A program made the position numbers and the translations under genes. Of a stretch of DNA of 64,000 nt, positions 24,771-36,500 are shown one piece after another. Where the stretch lies: contig NW_005201298.1 in the NCBI RefSeq assembly GCF_000372725.1, positions 125,393 through 189,392 on the forward strand, read 5' to 3'. Numbering within the stretch: the first letter of the stretch is position 1; each line of letters opens with the position of its first letter. Origin of the DNA: Emiliania huxleyi CCMP1516 (lineage: Eukaryota). A model generated the notes under the pieces. The model was given only the letters and a program-made list of their open reading frames with translations. It searched no databases and was not told the origin of the DNA.

Positions 24771-26984
24771 TCACATCACCAAATGCTGCTGGATGATTGC
24801 CGCCTTGAGCAGCCGCTGCACCCCGAGCACCGCGCGCGAGGCCAGCGCCAGGGGCGGCTGCTCGCCCCCCTCCGCGCCGCCGCCCGAGCTCGCCTTGAGC
24901 TCCTCCGCCAGCAAGCCCGCGCTGCGCCGCAGCGCGAGCAGATCGTCCATCGAGCAGCGCAGCGCCGGCCCGTCGCCGTGTAGCCACGCGTAGTGCGCCG
25001 CGTCCGCGCCGAGTGCGTGCCTCGCCACCAGCGCGCTCACCGACGCGTCGACGTGCGCGACAAACTCGTTCGGCGGCGGGCCGCCCTCCCCGCCCGGCCG
25101 CCCGTCCGCCTCTGCCAGCGAGCACGCGAGCCGTAGCTTCCTGGCCGCCTCGCCGGCCAGCACCTAGTCAGCCGCACGGGCGAGCTCCTAGACACTTCCT
25201 ATTCCTAGACACTTCCTAGACACTTCCTAGACACTTCCTAGAGGGTGCAGGGAGGGTGCAGGGAAGGTGCAGGGAGGGTGCAGGGAGGGTGTGTAGGAAG
25301 GATGTGTAGGAAGGGTGCGCAAGAGGGGTCTCTAGGTGTCACGCACCGGCCCGCTCGGCGCCGCCCGGCCGCGAGGGAGGGAGGCGGGGGCCGGGCGCCC
25401 CGCGTCGGCAGCCGCGTCGGCGGCCTCGCCGAGCGCGCCGCGCGCCCTTGCCAGGAGGCGCTCGAACAGCGACTCGGCTGGCGCCTAATGAACGAACGAA
25501 TTAACTATTAATTAACTACGACTGAGTAATTAGCTCGAGCAGCGACTCGGCTGGCGCCGCGCCGTCGCTGCCCGCTCGGCCGCCGGCAGCGGGTGCCCAC
25601 TTTCCGAGCGCGGGTTGCCGATGCGAGCAAGCAGCGCCTTTTGGGGGAAGTGGAGGAGAAGGGGGGGAGGGGGGGGGGGNNNNNNNNNNNNNNNNNNNNN
25701 NNNNNNNNNNNNNNNNNNNNNNNNNNNNNNNNNNNNNNNNNNNNNNNNNNNNNNNNNNNNNNNNNNNNNNNNNNNNNNNCAGTCGGCAAACCGTCGCGGA
25801 AGTGCCCGCCTCTCCCGCCGCCGACATCTTACCCGCTGCGAGAGCGGCGGCGGCGGCGGCGGGTGCCGCGTTGATTGCCTCGCCATACAGCACGCTCATC
25901 TGCTGCGTGGCGAGCACCTAGCCGAGCCGAGCCGAGATGTCTCCGAGAGATGTCTCCTAGATGTGGGGAGATGTGGGGAGATGTGGGGAGATGTGGGGAG
26001 ATGTCTCCGAGAGATGTCTCCGAGAGATGTCTAGGAAGTGTCTAGGAAGTGTCTAGGAAGTGTCTAGGAAGTGTCTAGGAAGTGTCTCCGAGAGAAGTCT
26101 CCGAGAGATGTCTCCGAGAGATGTCTAGGAAGTGTCTAGGAAGTGTCTAGGAAGTGTCTAGGAAGTGTCTAGGAAGTGTCTCCGAGAGATGTCTCCGAGA
26201 GATGTCTCCGAGAGATGTCTCCGAGGCTCATCCGAGATCGGCACGCTCAGCAGCTGCGTAGTGAGAGGGGTGAGAGGCCCCCAGACACTCAGTCGTGGCG
26301 CTGCTCTCGGCGAATCCCGGCGAATCCCGGCGAACCCCGGCGAATCCCGGCGAACCCCGGCGAACCCCGGCGAGCCTCGCGCGAATCTCGCGCGAATCTC
26401 GGCGGGCTCCATCTCGGCGGGCTCCATCTCGGCGGGCTCCATCTCGCCTCGCGCACGAAGCGGCGCTGCGAGGCGGGCCATGCCGCCGCGAGCAAGTCGA
26501 CCTAAACACGTCCTGGACACGTCCTAGACACTTCCCAGAGGCCATGCCGCCGCGAGCAAGTCGACCTAAACACGTCCTGGACACGTCCTAGACACTTCCC
26601 AGAGGCCATGCCGCCACGAGCAAGTCGACCTAAACACGTCCTAGACACGTCCTAGACACTTCCCAGAGGCCATGCCGCCGCGAGCAAATCGACCGTGTCC
26701 GCGTCGAGCGAGGGAGGCGGCGGCTCGTCCGAGGAGGACCCAGGCGGCGGAGGCGGCGGAGGCGGCGGAGGCGGCGGAGGCGGCGGAGGCGGCGGAGGCG
26801 GCGGCGGCGGAGGAGGAGGAGGTGGAGGTGGTGGTGGAGGCGGTGGTGGCGGAGGGGGAGGCTCCGCCGAAGCCTCGACCGGTGTGACCACCCCGCCGCC
26901 CTGCCTCTCGCCTTGCTGCCTCTCGCCTTGCTGCCTCTCGCCCACCTCGGCCCCTCCCCCCCCTCCGCCGCTGCCTCCCCCCTC

Positions 26985-27015
<31 letters not shown>

Positions 27016-28440
27016 CTGCCGCCGCGCCCTTCGCGCCGCCGCCGCGAGACGGACGGCAGTCCGGTGGCTGGAGACGTGACAACCGTGCGGCGGTCGGACA
27101 CGGCTTGGCGGGCGGCGACCGCGGCGGCGGGGGGAGCCGCGGCGGCGTCAGCGGCGGCGTCAGCGGCGGCGGCGGCGGCGGCGGCAGCGGCGCCGCCCCT
27201 CTCCGGTGTTGCCGGGCCGAATTGCGGCTCTGGCGGCGCGGCGTCGTCGGAAGCGGTGCGGCGCGTTGCGGCGGGTCGCGGGGGCGTGTCCCACTCCCCC
27301 GCCGCCACGCTCTCTCCCATCCTCCGCACCGCAACCTCCCTCGCCCTCGCCAGGACGGGCTCGCATAGTGGAGAGACCGCCTGATGGGGGAGGGTCGGAG
27401 GAGGTGGCTAGGAGGTGGCTAGGAGGTGTCTAGGAGGTGTCTAGGAGGTGTCTAGGAGGTGTCTAGGAGGTGGCTAGGAGGTGTCTAGGAAGTGTCTAGG
27501 AGGTGTCTAGGAGGTGTCTAGGAGGTGTCTAGGAGGTGTCTAGGAGGTGTCTAGGAGGTGTCTAGGAGGTGTCTAGGAAGTGTCTAGGAGGTGTCTAGGA
27601 GGTGTCTAGGAGGTGTCTAGGAGGTGGAGATCTGGGGAGATCTGGGGAGATATGGGGAGATGTGGGGAGATATGCCCGCCTGCCGAAAAGCAGCTCGCGC
27701 CGCGGCCCCGACGGCCTCCCACAGCGGCCGGCTGCGCGCCTGCTCGGGGAGAGTTCCGGGAAGGTTCCGAGAAGGGGCGGGGAGGGTTCCGAGAAGGGGG
27801 GCTGCGTGCCTCCGCCGCGTCTCGAGATGTGGGGAGATGTGGGGAGATGTGGGGAGATATGGGGCTGCGTGCCTCCGCCGCGTCTCGAGATGTGGGGAGA
27901 TGTGGGGAGATGTGGGGAGATGTGGGGAGATATGGGGCTGCGTGCCTCCGCCGCGTCTCGAGATGTGGGGAGATGTGGGGAGATGTGGGGAGATATGGGG
28001 CTGCGTGCCTCCGCGGCATCTCGAGATATGGGGAGATGTGGGGAGATATGGGGAGATATGGGGCTGCGTGCCTCCGCGGCATCTCGAGATATGGGGAGAT
28101 GTGGGGAGATATGGGGAGATATGGGGCTGCGTCCCTCCGCCGCGTCTCGAGATGTGGGGAGATGTGGGGAGATGTGGGGAGATATGGGGCTGCGTGCGGT
28201 CCGCCGCGTCTCGAGATGTGGGGAGATNNNNNNNNNNNNNNNNNNNNNNNNNNNNNNNNNNNNNNNNNNNNNNNNNNNNNNNNNNNNNNNNNNNNNNNNN
28301 NNNNNNNNNNNNNNNNNNNNNNNNNNNGGAGATGTGGGGCTGCGTGCCTCCGCGGCATCTCGAGCGTCGACCACCTCCAGAGGCTCTTCCTCGCCGCAAC
28401 CGTCGGCGGCGAGGCGCAGGCCTACCGTGCTGCACGAGGT
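24771..28440 (-). CDS. Multi-exon 3' coding region, probably the C-terminus of the DENN gene
   Basis: Exons bounded by AG acceptors and GC/GT donors (e.g. 24771-25163 ending in stop, 25780-25917, poly-Pro exon ~26694-27380). Linkage across gaps is inferred. Confidence 0.55.
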
Positions 28441-28599
28441 ATGACTTCAACGCGTCGTTGATTCCGGTGAACACGCCAGCATCGGGGCGGGAGGACGGTG
28501 TGTTGCGCAGAGCATGCGTGGCACCGCGTGAGTACGAGGGGCTACCAGGGAGATACGAGGACAGCGGAAGACCGCCGAGTGTACAGTCGACTGCGGCGG

Positions 28600-30152
28600 A
28601 GTGCGTGTCCTCTCGAGCGCTGGCTGGGAGACAGGACAGCGTCTTCCCGCTTCTAGCGTTGCCGGGCCTCCGAAGGCCGCTCCGCCGAGGATGGGCGAGA
28701 GGCTGGCGGGCGCGGGCGGCGCGTTGGCGGACGCCTCGCCGAGAGCCCAGACTAGCTGGCGGCGCGAGCGGGAGGGCAGCGGGAGGACGGGCGGGTCGGG
28801 CGGGAAGAAGACGCGCTCACCGCCCGCCGCCTCGCCGCCGACCGCCGCCACCACGAGGTCCCGGTGCTCCTCGCTCATCCGCGCGGCGTCCGCCTTCCAC
28901 GAGAAGATGGCCCGCTGCGCCCCGATGTCTCCCCCCACATCTCCCCCACATCTCCCGCGCCTTCCACGAGAAGATGGCCCGCTGCGCCCCGATGTCTCCT
29001 CCCCCATCTGCCCAAGATCTGCCGAGCATTCCTCGAGAACATGGCCCGAGGCGCCGCTAGGCTCGCACGTCCCTCGCACGGAGGTCGCGCCGCTCGAGGC
29101 GATCTTCGCCAACCTCTTCAAGACGGAAGCTCATCATATTTCTGTTTTCACGCGCGTACTGTCTCTTTTCAGGCGACCCTCGCCGACCGCTTCAAAACAG
29201 AGGAACACGTCTTTTTATACGCGCGTACCTGTCTCTTTCCAGGCGATCCTCGCCGACCTCTTCTCCCTCGCCACGGCCTCTCTCGTCCCGGGCGGGCGGC
29301 TGGTCTTCCTGCTGCCGTGCACCCTCCCCCTCGCCGAGTCGCTTGCCCTCCTCCCGCCTCACCCGACGCTCGAGGTGCCTCCGCGGGGACGAGGAGGCCG
29401 CCGAGGCAGGCAGAGGCCACACGCCNNNNNNNNNNNNNNNNNNNNNNNNNNNNNNNNNNNNNNNNNNNNNNNNNNNNNNNNNNNNNNNNNNNNNNNNNNN
29501 NNNNNNNNNNNNNNNNNNNNNNNNNGCGAGGCAGTGCAGCAGCCCCTCCGCCGCGGACGTCAGGCCGAGGGGCGAGCGCGCCACGAGGACGACCGACCGC
29601 TCCTGCGGGGGAAACGTCCGAGAAAGGTCCCGAGAAAAGGTCGAGAGAGGAGGGCGCCGAGCTGCAGCCGAGGTCAGAGCGCAGCGAACTACTCCGCGGT
29701 GGCTCCTGCAGCGCCGCCTCGCACAGCAGCACGCTCAGCTCGGCGCCGCACAGCGCGAGCATCGCCGCGGCGCTCCAGTCGCCCCACCCTTCCATGCCCA
29801 CCACGCCGCCCGCCACCCGCGCGCCGCCGCCGCCGCCGCCGCCGCCGCCGGAAGCGAGCGTGCCGCTGGCTGCGCTCGGCTGCGGCCAGAGCGAGGCGGC
29901 CGGGGCGGCGCTCTCCTCGAGCAGCGAGAGCACGTCGAGCTGGCGGGCGGCACAGCGCGCCTACAAGGGCGGGGCGAGGCGCGTGCTATCAACGGCTAAC
30001 GCAAGACAACGCGCAACGGCCCGGGGTAGGGCGCCTCCAGCCACCGGTGGAGCGAGACGGCAGGAGCGCAGCCGACGCCGCCGTCGCTTCTCTGCCGACG
30101 GAGCGTGCGGCGCACGCGCGTCTCCGCAGACACGATGGCGCTCGCTGAGACA

Positions 30153-30198
<46 letters not shown>

Positions 30199-30808
30199 TG
30201 TCACCACCGCCATCGTTGCTGCCGCCGCCGGTGGCATCGCCACGTCCGTCCGGGAAGACGCGCGTGACGTGCTGCTGCCTGCGCGCCCGCCGCCTCTCCC
30301 TCCAGTCGTCGGGGCGAGGCGGCCGCTCGCCTTCGCCTCCCGCCCGGCCGATGCCGGTGGCGGCGGCGAGGCGTCCGCCTCCACCCTCGCGCAGACTCGG
30401 GTGTGAGCGCTGCCGCTGTGGGAGAGGGAGCGAGGCGCGCGCCGCGGCGTCGGAGCGGTAGAGCTTGGAGAGCGCGCGCAGGCACCGCTGCGCGTCGAGG
30501 ATGCACGGCGCGGTGGAGAGCAGCGCGAGGCTCTGCGGGCCTTCGCCCGACGGCGGCCCGTTTCCGGCCGGAGGGGTGACCACCGAGAGGAAGAGGCGCG
30601 TGCCGCTGGCGGAGAGCACGTTGCAGGTGAAGCTTCCAAGAGCGCCGCCCGCGCTCTCGTCGGCGGTGCAGAAGGCGGTCACCTTGGGCGGGAGCGGGAG
30701 GGCGCCGGGAGCATCCTCGGGAGGGAAGCGGTACAGCACGACGCGCCGGCCGCCCGACGTGCCGCACACGAAGAGGACCCGCTGGCTGGCTGGCCGCGTT
30801 TCGAGCAT
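28600..30808 (-). CDS. DENN-domain protein (Rab GEF-like), 5' exons
   Basis: uDENN-like VLYRFPPEDAPGALPLPPKVTAFC...SLALLSTAP, and core DENN-like LLCEAALQ/ERSVVLVARSPLGLTSAAEGLLHCL. Interrupted by a gap and an inverted TRM11 fragment. Confidence 0.75.
29060..29425 (+). other. Inverted near-identical copy of the TRM11 3' region (33909-34280)
   Basis: Exon and intron sequence match the reverse complement of 33909-34280 with few differences. Confidence 0.85.
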
Positions 30809-30915
30809 GAATCAAACGCGTTTGGGGTGGCTGTTACCAAAATGATACGACGAAAGGCGCTTTTTCAGTGTACGTACTTTTAGCTTACTCAGTGTACGTA
30901 CGTACTTATAGCTTA

Positions 30916-31360
30916 CTGGGAGAAAAGAGAGAGGGGGTTGTGTTCTCTAGGCCCCTAAGGGCCCTACGCGCGGCGTGAGAGCTCGGAAGCGAGCTTTGCA
31001 CGGCGATCGAGGATGGCACGGTTCACCCCCTTCACCGAAGCGATGGAGATGCGTTCCGCGTGGTGTGACACAAATGAGAGGCGGGAGTGGGGAGGGTACG
31101 CGGTGCGGTCAACGCCCGAGCGTTGAGCCTTGCGCGCAAGGCGGTTGATCTTTGCAACTGCTGGCGGCGAGAAGCCGCCGCCGAATGTCTCGTGGAGAAG
31201 CAGGTTGAACTTGTTGCGTTTGGTGAAGATCCCATCATGGTAGTGGCCACGCTGTGACTTGACGTAGCCTTGGCCGGTGGTGTGGTCGAACGCCCGTTGA
31301 CCACGGAACCCGCGTTGCTTGCAGCCCATGTTTGCAAGGCGGGCGCGCTCTTCGGTGCCG
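30916..31360 (-). mobile_element. 5'-truncated non-LTR retrotransposon end (restriction-like endonuclease C-terminus)
   Basis: ...LLLHETFGGGFSPPAVAKINRLAR...SFVSHHAERISIASVKG-stop resembles the ETFGG...RIS C-terminus of CRE-like elements. Confidence 0.65.
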
Positions 31361-32056
31361 TACTGTGCCCAAGTGTGCCGCGGGGGGGAGACCGTCACTC
31401 TCGGACGCTACGCCACGGCAGAGGAGGCGGCGCGAATCTATGCGAGCACGCCAGAGGGCAAAGCTGAGCTGGCGGCCAGGTCAGCACCGCAGGCCAGCAA
31501 CACACCACGCAAGCGGCCTTCCGGCGCATCGAACTGGCAAAAGCGGCAGAAAGCCACCGGCGCCAACCCCTCCACCTCCTCCGCCGCCTCCTCCGCCGCC
31601 TCGGCCGAGTTCGAGGTGGACCGCATCCTGTCCGAGCGGCGCCGGCCGAGCGGCGGCGTCGAGTACCTCGTCGCATGGACGGCTGCGCGCTTCGCGCCCT
31701 CCTGGGAGCCCGCGCCCAACTTGGTGGACGAGGACGGCGCGGTGTGCTCGGCGCTGCTGGCGTGGCGTGCGTCGCGCGCCGCGCCGCAGCAAGGCGGCCC
31801 GGCGACCGAGCCTCTTCCGTCCCTCGGCATGCCGGCGGGAGAGCCCCTCCCGCCCCTCGGCATGCCGGCGGTGCTGCAGGCTCTCGAGGGCGTCGGGCTG
31901 GGCCGGTACGCGGCGGCGTTCGAAGAGCAGGGCTATGACGACCTGCGCTACTTGCGGACGATGGACGCGGCGGAGCGCGCGACGGTGGCGGAGAGCGTGG
32001 GAATGAAGCAAGGGCACGCCGGCAAGTTTGTGAAGTTCGCGCTTGAGCCGGCGTAG
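31358..32056 (+). CDS. AP2-like + chromodomain + SAM protein, 5' end missing
   Basis: PYCAQVCRGGETVTLGRYATAEEAA (AP2-like); FEVDRILSERR..GGVEYLVAW...SWEPAPNL (chromo); LEGVGLGRYAAAFEEQGYDDL...VGMKQGH (SAM). Confidence 0.8.
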   Translation, partial: PYCAQVCRGGETVTLGRYATAEEAARIYASTPEGKAELAARSAPQASNTPRKRPSGASNWQKRQKATGANPSTSSAASSAASAEFEVDRILSERRRPSGGVEYLVAWTAARFAPSWEPAPNLVDEDGAVCSALLAWRASRAAPQQGGPATEPLPSLGMPAGEPLPPLGMPAVLQALEGVGLGRYAAAFEEQGYDDLRYLRTMDAAERATVAESVGMKQGHAGKFVKFALEPA

Positions 32057-33564
32057 GCCGTCGTACTCGGGCGCCAGTCGAGAGCGGGCCGCGTGCACAC
32101 TCAAGGTTACTTGTGGGTTTCATTTTCTCTATGACACGCTGCCTGTTTTGAACTGTCAACAAGAGCAGCAAGAGCGGCCGCACATTGCTCGGTACCCCCC
32201 CTGCACATCTAAAGCCATCTCTGCTGCTAGGGGGGGGGGAGGGGGGTCTGACCCCCCCAGCAGCAGAGCGCTGCTGCTGGGGGGGGGGGGGGGGGTCCTG
32301 ACCCCCCCAACAGGAAAACCCTGCTGCTGGGGGGGGGGGGGGGCCCCACCCAAGGGTGGGGAATAAGGCTAAAGGGGCCCCCTACACTTAACCCCCGCAG
32401 GGAGGGAGGGCTCAAATTAACCCCCCCACGGAGCCCGGGTCAAAATTAAAACCTGGAAAGCCGGGGGCCCTGAACTTTAACCACACCAGGCCCACTCCCG
32501 GGAAAAACCCGGGATACCCGCAAAAATCCCGGGTAGGGGTACACCCACACCAACCCCGGGTGTGGAACCCCCATAAAGGGGAAGGGGGGGAACCCCGGGT
32601 ATTTTATAGTCCCGTCGGGTTTGGCCCCCTTGATTTAAGGGGTCAGGTTGTCCCGCCCCAATCTTGGGTAGTAGGGGCTAGAGGGTCGCTCTACACTTAG
32701 CCTCTGCAGCGAGCGAGCGCTCAACTTAGCCCCCGCACGGAGCCGGGCTCAGACTTAGACGCTGGAAGGCCGGGGGCCATGAACTTAGACGACACGAGGC
32801 CAACTCCGGGTAAAACCCGGGTATACCTGCAAAAGTCCAGGTTAGGGCTACACGCACACGAGCCGCGGTCGTGTAGCCGTCATAGCGGCGAGGCGTGGGA
32901 CCGTCTGTGGCGAAGTGGGTCGCGTCCCTCGATTTCCGTCAACTCACCCTCCACACCCTCTACCCGGAAATGTTTGACGACTCGAACCCGTGAAGCTTCC
33001 CCGTGCGCGGGTTACCCCGCACACGGGTCAGCCTGCCAGCCACGTATCCACGCAAGCGTGGTCCGCGTGCATGGCATACAGGCGTTCGCCAGACAGCGCA
33101 GAGGCTAGGCGACCGGGGAAGGACTAGCTCAAGGGGAACAACACAGCGTCACCAGCCGTTGGCGCGCAGATCGAGTCTGCGGCCCCCGGTTGGGGCGAGT
33201 GCGCGACGCGGACGAACCGCTCAATGTGGCCGGCAGCTCTTTCTGCCGGCGGGGTTGGTTGGGGAGGACCGGCACGGGGAAGGCCGACCTCCCAGGAGGG
33301 GTCGCCCCCTGGAGGGGCCCCGAAGTAAAACTCTTTTAAAGTTTTTAGAGTGCGGTGTGTGTGTAAAACCGTATATATGAATAAATAAATAAAAACGGAC
33401 ACCTCTCTACTGTGAGATGGGTAAAAAGGAACAGGCCCCCGCCCTTGCGATCTTTGTGCAGGGTTCTTTGTCGTATATATGCATGTGCATGCATTTCGAT
33501 AAAAAAAATGGACCCAACGCCCCGACTCGTGGTGACGAACCGGCGTGCATTCGCCACGCACGCG

Positions 33565-36500
33565 CTATCCGCCGTTCTGTGCGCATGCCTCAGGCGCCGG
33601 CGGCCCGTTGCGCGAATAGCCCGCCCGTCGGCGCGCAACCTTCTCCTGCAGCTCTGGGTGGAGGACGGGCGCAACGGGCCTGTCCGCCGCTGCGCCGCCG
33701 CCGCCGCATCTCCGCTCAAAAATAGTGCGGCGCAAGTCCGGCACCGCCGCTTCCTCGCCGGCGGGAGAGGGTTCGGCGCCGTTCGTCGTCGCCTCGGCCG
33801 AGCCGTCGGCCGACCGGATCATGGTGACGCACCAGCGCGACCAGCGCGCCGCCATGCGCTGCTCGCACGCGCCGACCACCTAAGGCACCGGCACGGGCGG
33901 CTGGGAAGGGCGTGTGGCCTCTGCCTGCCTCGGCGGCCTCCTCGTCCCCGCGGAGGCACCTCGAGCGTCGGGTGAGGCGGGAGGAGGGCAAGGGACTCGG
34001 CGAGGGGGAGGGTGCACGGCAGCAGGAAGACCAGCCGCCCGCCCGGGACGAGAGAGGCCGTGGCGAGGGAGAAGAGGTCGGCGAGGGTCGCCTGAAAGAG
34101 ACAGGTACGCGCGTATAAAAAGACGTGTTCCTCTGTTTTGAAGCGGTCGGCGAGGGTCGCCTGAAAAGAGACAGTACGCGCGTGAAAACAGAAATATGAT
34201 GGGCTTCCGTCTTGAAGAGGTTGGCGAAGATCGCCTCGAGCGGCGCGGCCGCCGTGCGGGGGACGTGCGAGGCGAGCTGCGCCTGTGGACGTGTCCCGGA
34301 CGTGTCGTGGACGTGTCGTGGACGTGTCGTGGACATGCCTCGAGGGACGTGCGAGGCGAGCTGCGCCTCCTCGAGAGTTCGCTGTCTAGGAAGTGTCTAG
34401 GAAGTGTCTAGGAAGTGTCTAGGAGGTGTCTAGGAGGTGTCTAGGAGGTGTCTAGGAAGTGTCGCCTCCTCGAGGGTTCGCTCGGAGAGCGGAGCGTCGT
34501 CGAGCGTCGCCGATCGCTCGCGGATGCCGTAGGGCGGGTCGGTGATGATGGCGTCAAGGAAGGGACGCGGCCGCCTGCGGACGTGTCCCGGACACGTCAG
34601 CGACGTGCCATGGACTGTCATGGACGTGTCAAAGAGGGGACGCGACCGCCCTCCGCACCCGACGGGCGGCGTCTAGGAGGTGTCTAGGAAGTGTCTAGGA
34701 GGCGTCTAGGAGGTGTCTAGGAGGTGTCTAGGAGGTGTCTGGGAGGTGTCTAGGAGGTGTCTTGGAGGTGTCTAGGAGGTGTCTAGGAGGTGTCTAGGAG
34801 GTGTCTAGGAAGTGTCTAGGAGGTGTCTAGGAGGTGTCTAGGAAGTGCACCCGACGGGCGGCGCGCGGGACGTGCGCAGCGGGCAGCCGGCGCGCCCCGA
34901 GTCGGCATGGACGAGACCGAGAAGGGGGGGCAGCCCGTACTGCTCGAAGGTGAGGCCGATCGACTGCCTCTTCGGCTGAGTCGCCTTGGAAGGGCCAGAT
35001 CGGGACCGCACCGCGCCGCGAAGCACCGGGGCGTACAGGTCGGAGCCGAGCACGCGTGCGCCAAAGGCGGCGGCGCCGACGAGGCAACTCGCGGTGCCTA
35101 CGGACATGTCCCGGACGTGTCATGGACGGGTCATGGACATGTCAGCAGCAGCGAGTAGTCCATCAGCCTACGGACATGTACATGTCCCGGACGTGTCATG
35201 GACGGGTCATGGACATGTCAGCAGCAGCGAGTAGTCCATCAGCCTACGGACATGTCCCGGACGTGTCATGGATGTGTCATGGACGTGTCAAAGGTCGAGG
35301 CGGCTCGCGGCTCCGCAGAACGGGTCGAAGACGAGCTGCGAGGGCCCGCACCTCGCCAGGTTGGCCATCACGAGCGAGAGCTCCTAATTAATGAGTTAAT
35401 TCGCTGGTTGATTCGGTCATTAAATCCAGGTTGGCCATCACGAGCGAGAGCTCCTAATTAATGAGTTAATTCGCTGGTGAATTCGTTCATTAAATCCAGG
35501 TTGGCCATCACGAGCGAGAGCTCCTAATTAATGAGTTAATTCGCTGGTTGATTCGGTCATTAAATCCAGGTTGGCCATCACGAGCGAGAGCTCCTAATTA
35601 ATGAGTTAATTCGCTGGTTAATTCGTTCATTAAATCCAGGTTGGCCATCACGAGCGAGAGCTCCTAATTAATGAGTTAATTCGCTGGTTGATTCGGTCAT
35701 GAAATCCAGGTTGGCCATCACGAGCGAGAGCTCCTAATTAATGAGTTAATTCGCTGGTTAATTCGGTCATTAAATCCAGGTTGGCCATCACGAGCGAGAG
35801 CTCCTAATTAATGAGTTAATTCGCTGGTTGATTCGGTCATTAAATCCAGGTTGGCCATCACGAGCGAGAGCTCCTAATTAATGAGTTAATTCGCTGGTTG
35901 ATTCGGTCATTAAATCCAGGTTGGCCATCACGAGCGAGAGCTCCTAATTAATGAGTTAATTCGCTGGTTGATTCGGTCATTAAATCCAGGTTGGCCATCA
36001 CGAGCGAGAGCTCCTAATTAATGAGTTAATTCGCTCGTCAATTCGTTCATTAAATCCAGGTTGGCCATCACGAGCGAGAGCTCCTAATTAATGAGTTAAT
36101 TCGCTGGTTGATTCGTTCATTAAATCCAGGTTGGCCATCACGAGCGAGAGCTCCTAATTAATGAGTTAATTCGCTGGTTGATTCGTTCATTAAATCCAGG
36201 TTGGCCATCACGAGCGAGAGCTCCTAATTAATGAGTTAATTCGCTGGTTAATTCGTTCATTAAATCCAGGTTGGCCATCACGAGCGAGAGCTCCTAATTA
36301 ATGAGTTAATTCGCTCGTCAATTCGTTCATTAAATCCAGGTTGGCCATCACGAGCGAGAGCTCCTAATTAATGAGTTAATTAGCTGGTTGATTCGTTCAT
36401 TAAATCCAGGTTGGCCATCACGAGCGAGAGCTCCTAATTAATGAGTTAATTCGCTGGTTAATTCGGTCATTAAATCCAGGTTGGCCATCACGAGCGAGAG

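Noticed and set aside
32220..32690. Diverged duplicate of 32690-32870
   Set aside because: Differences are homopolymer-type errors following poly-G runs, consistent with a low-quality read.
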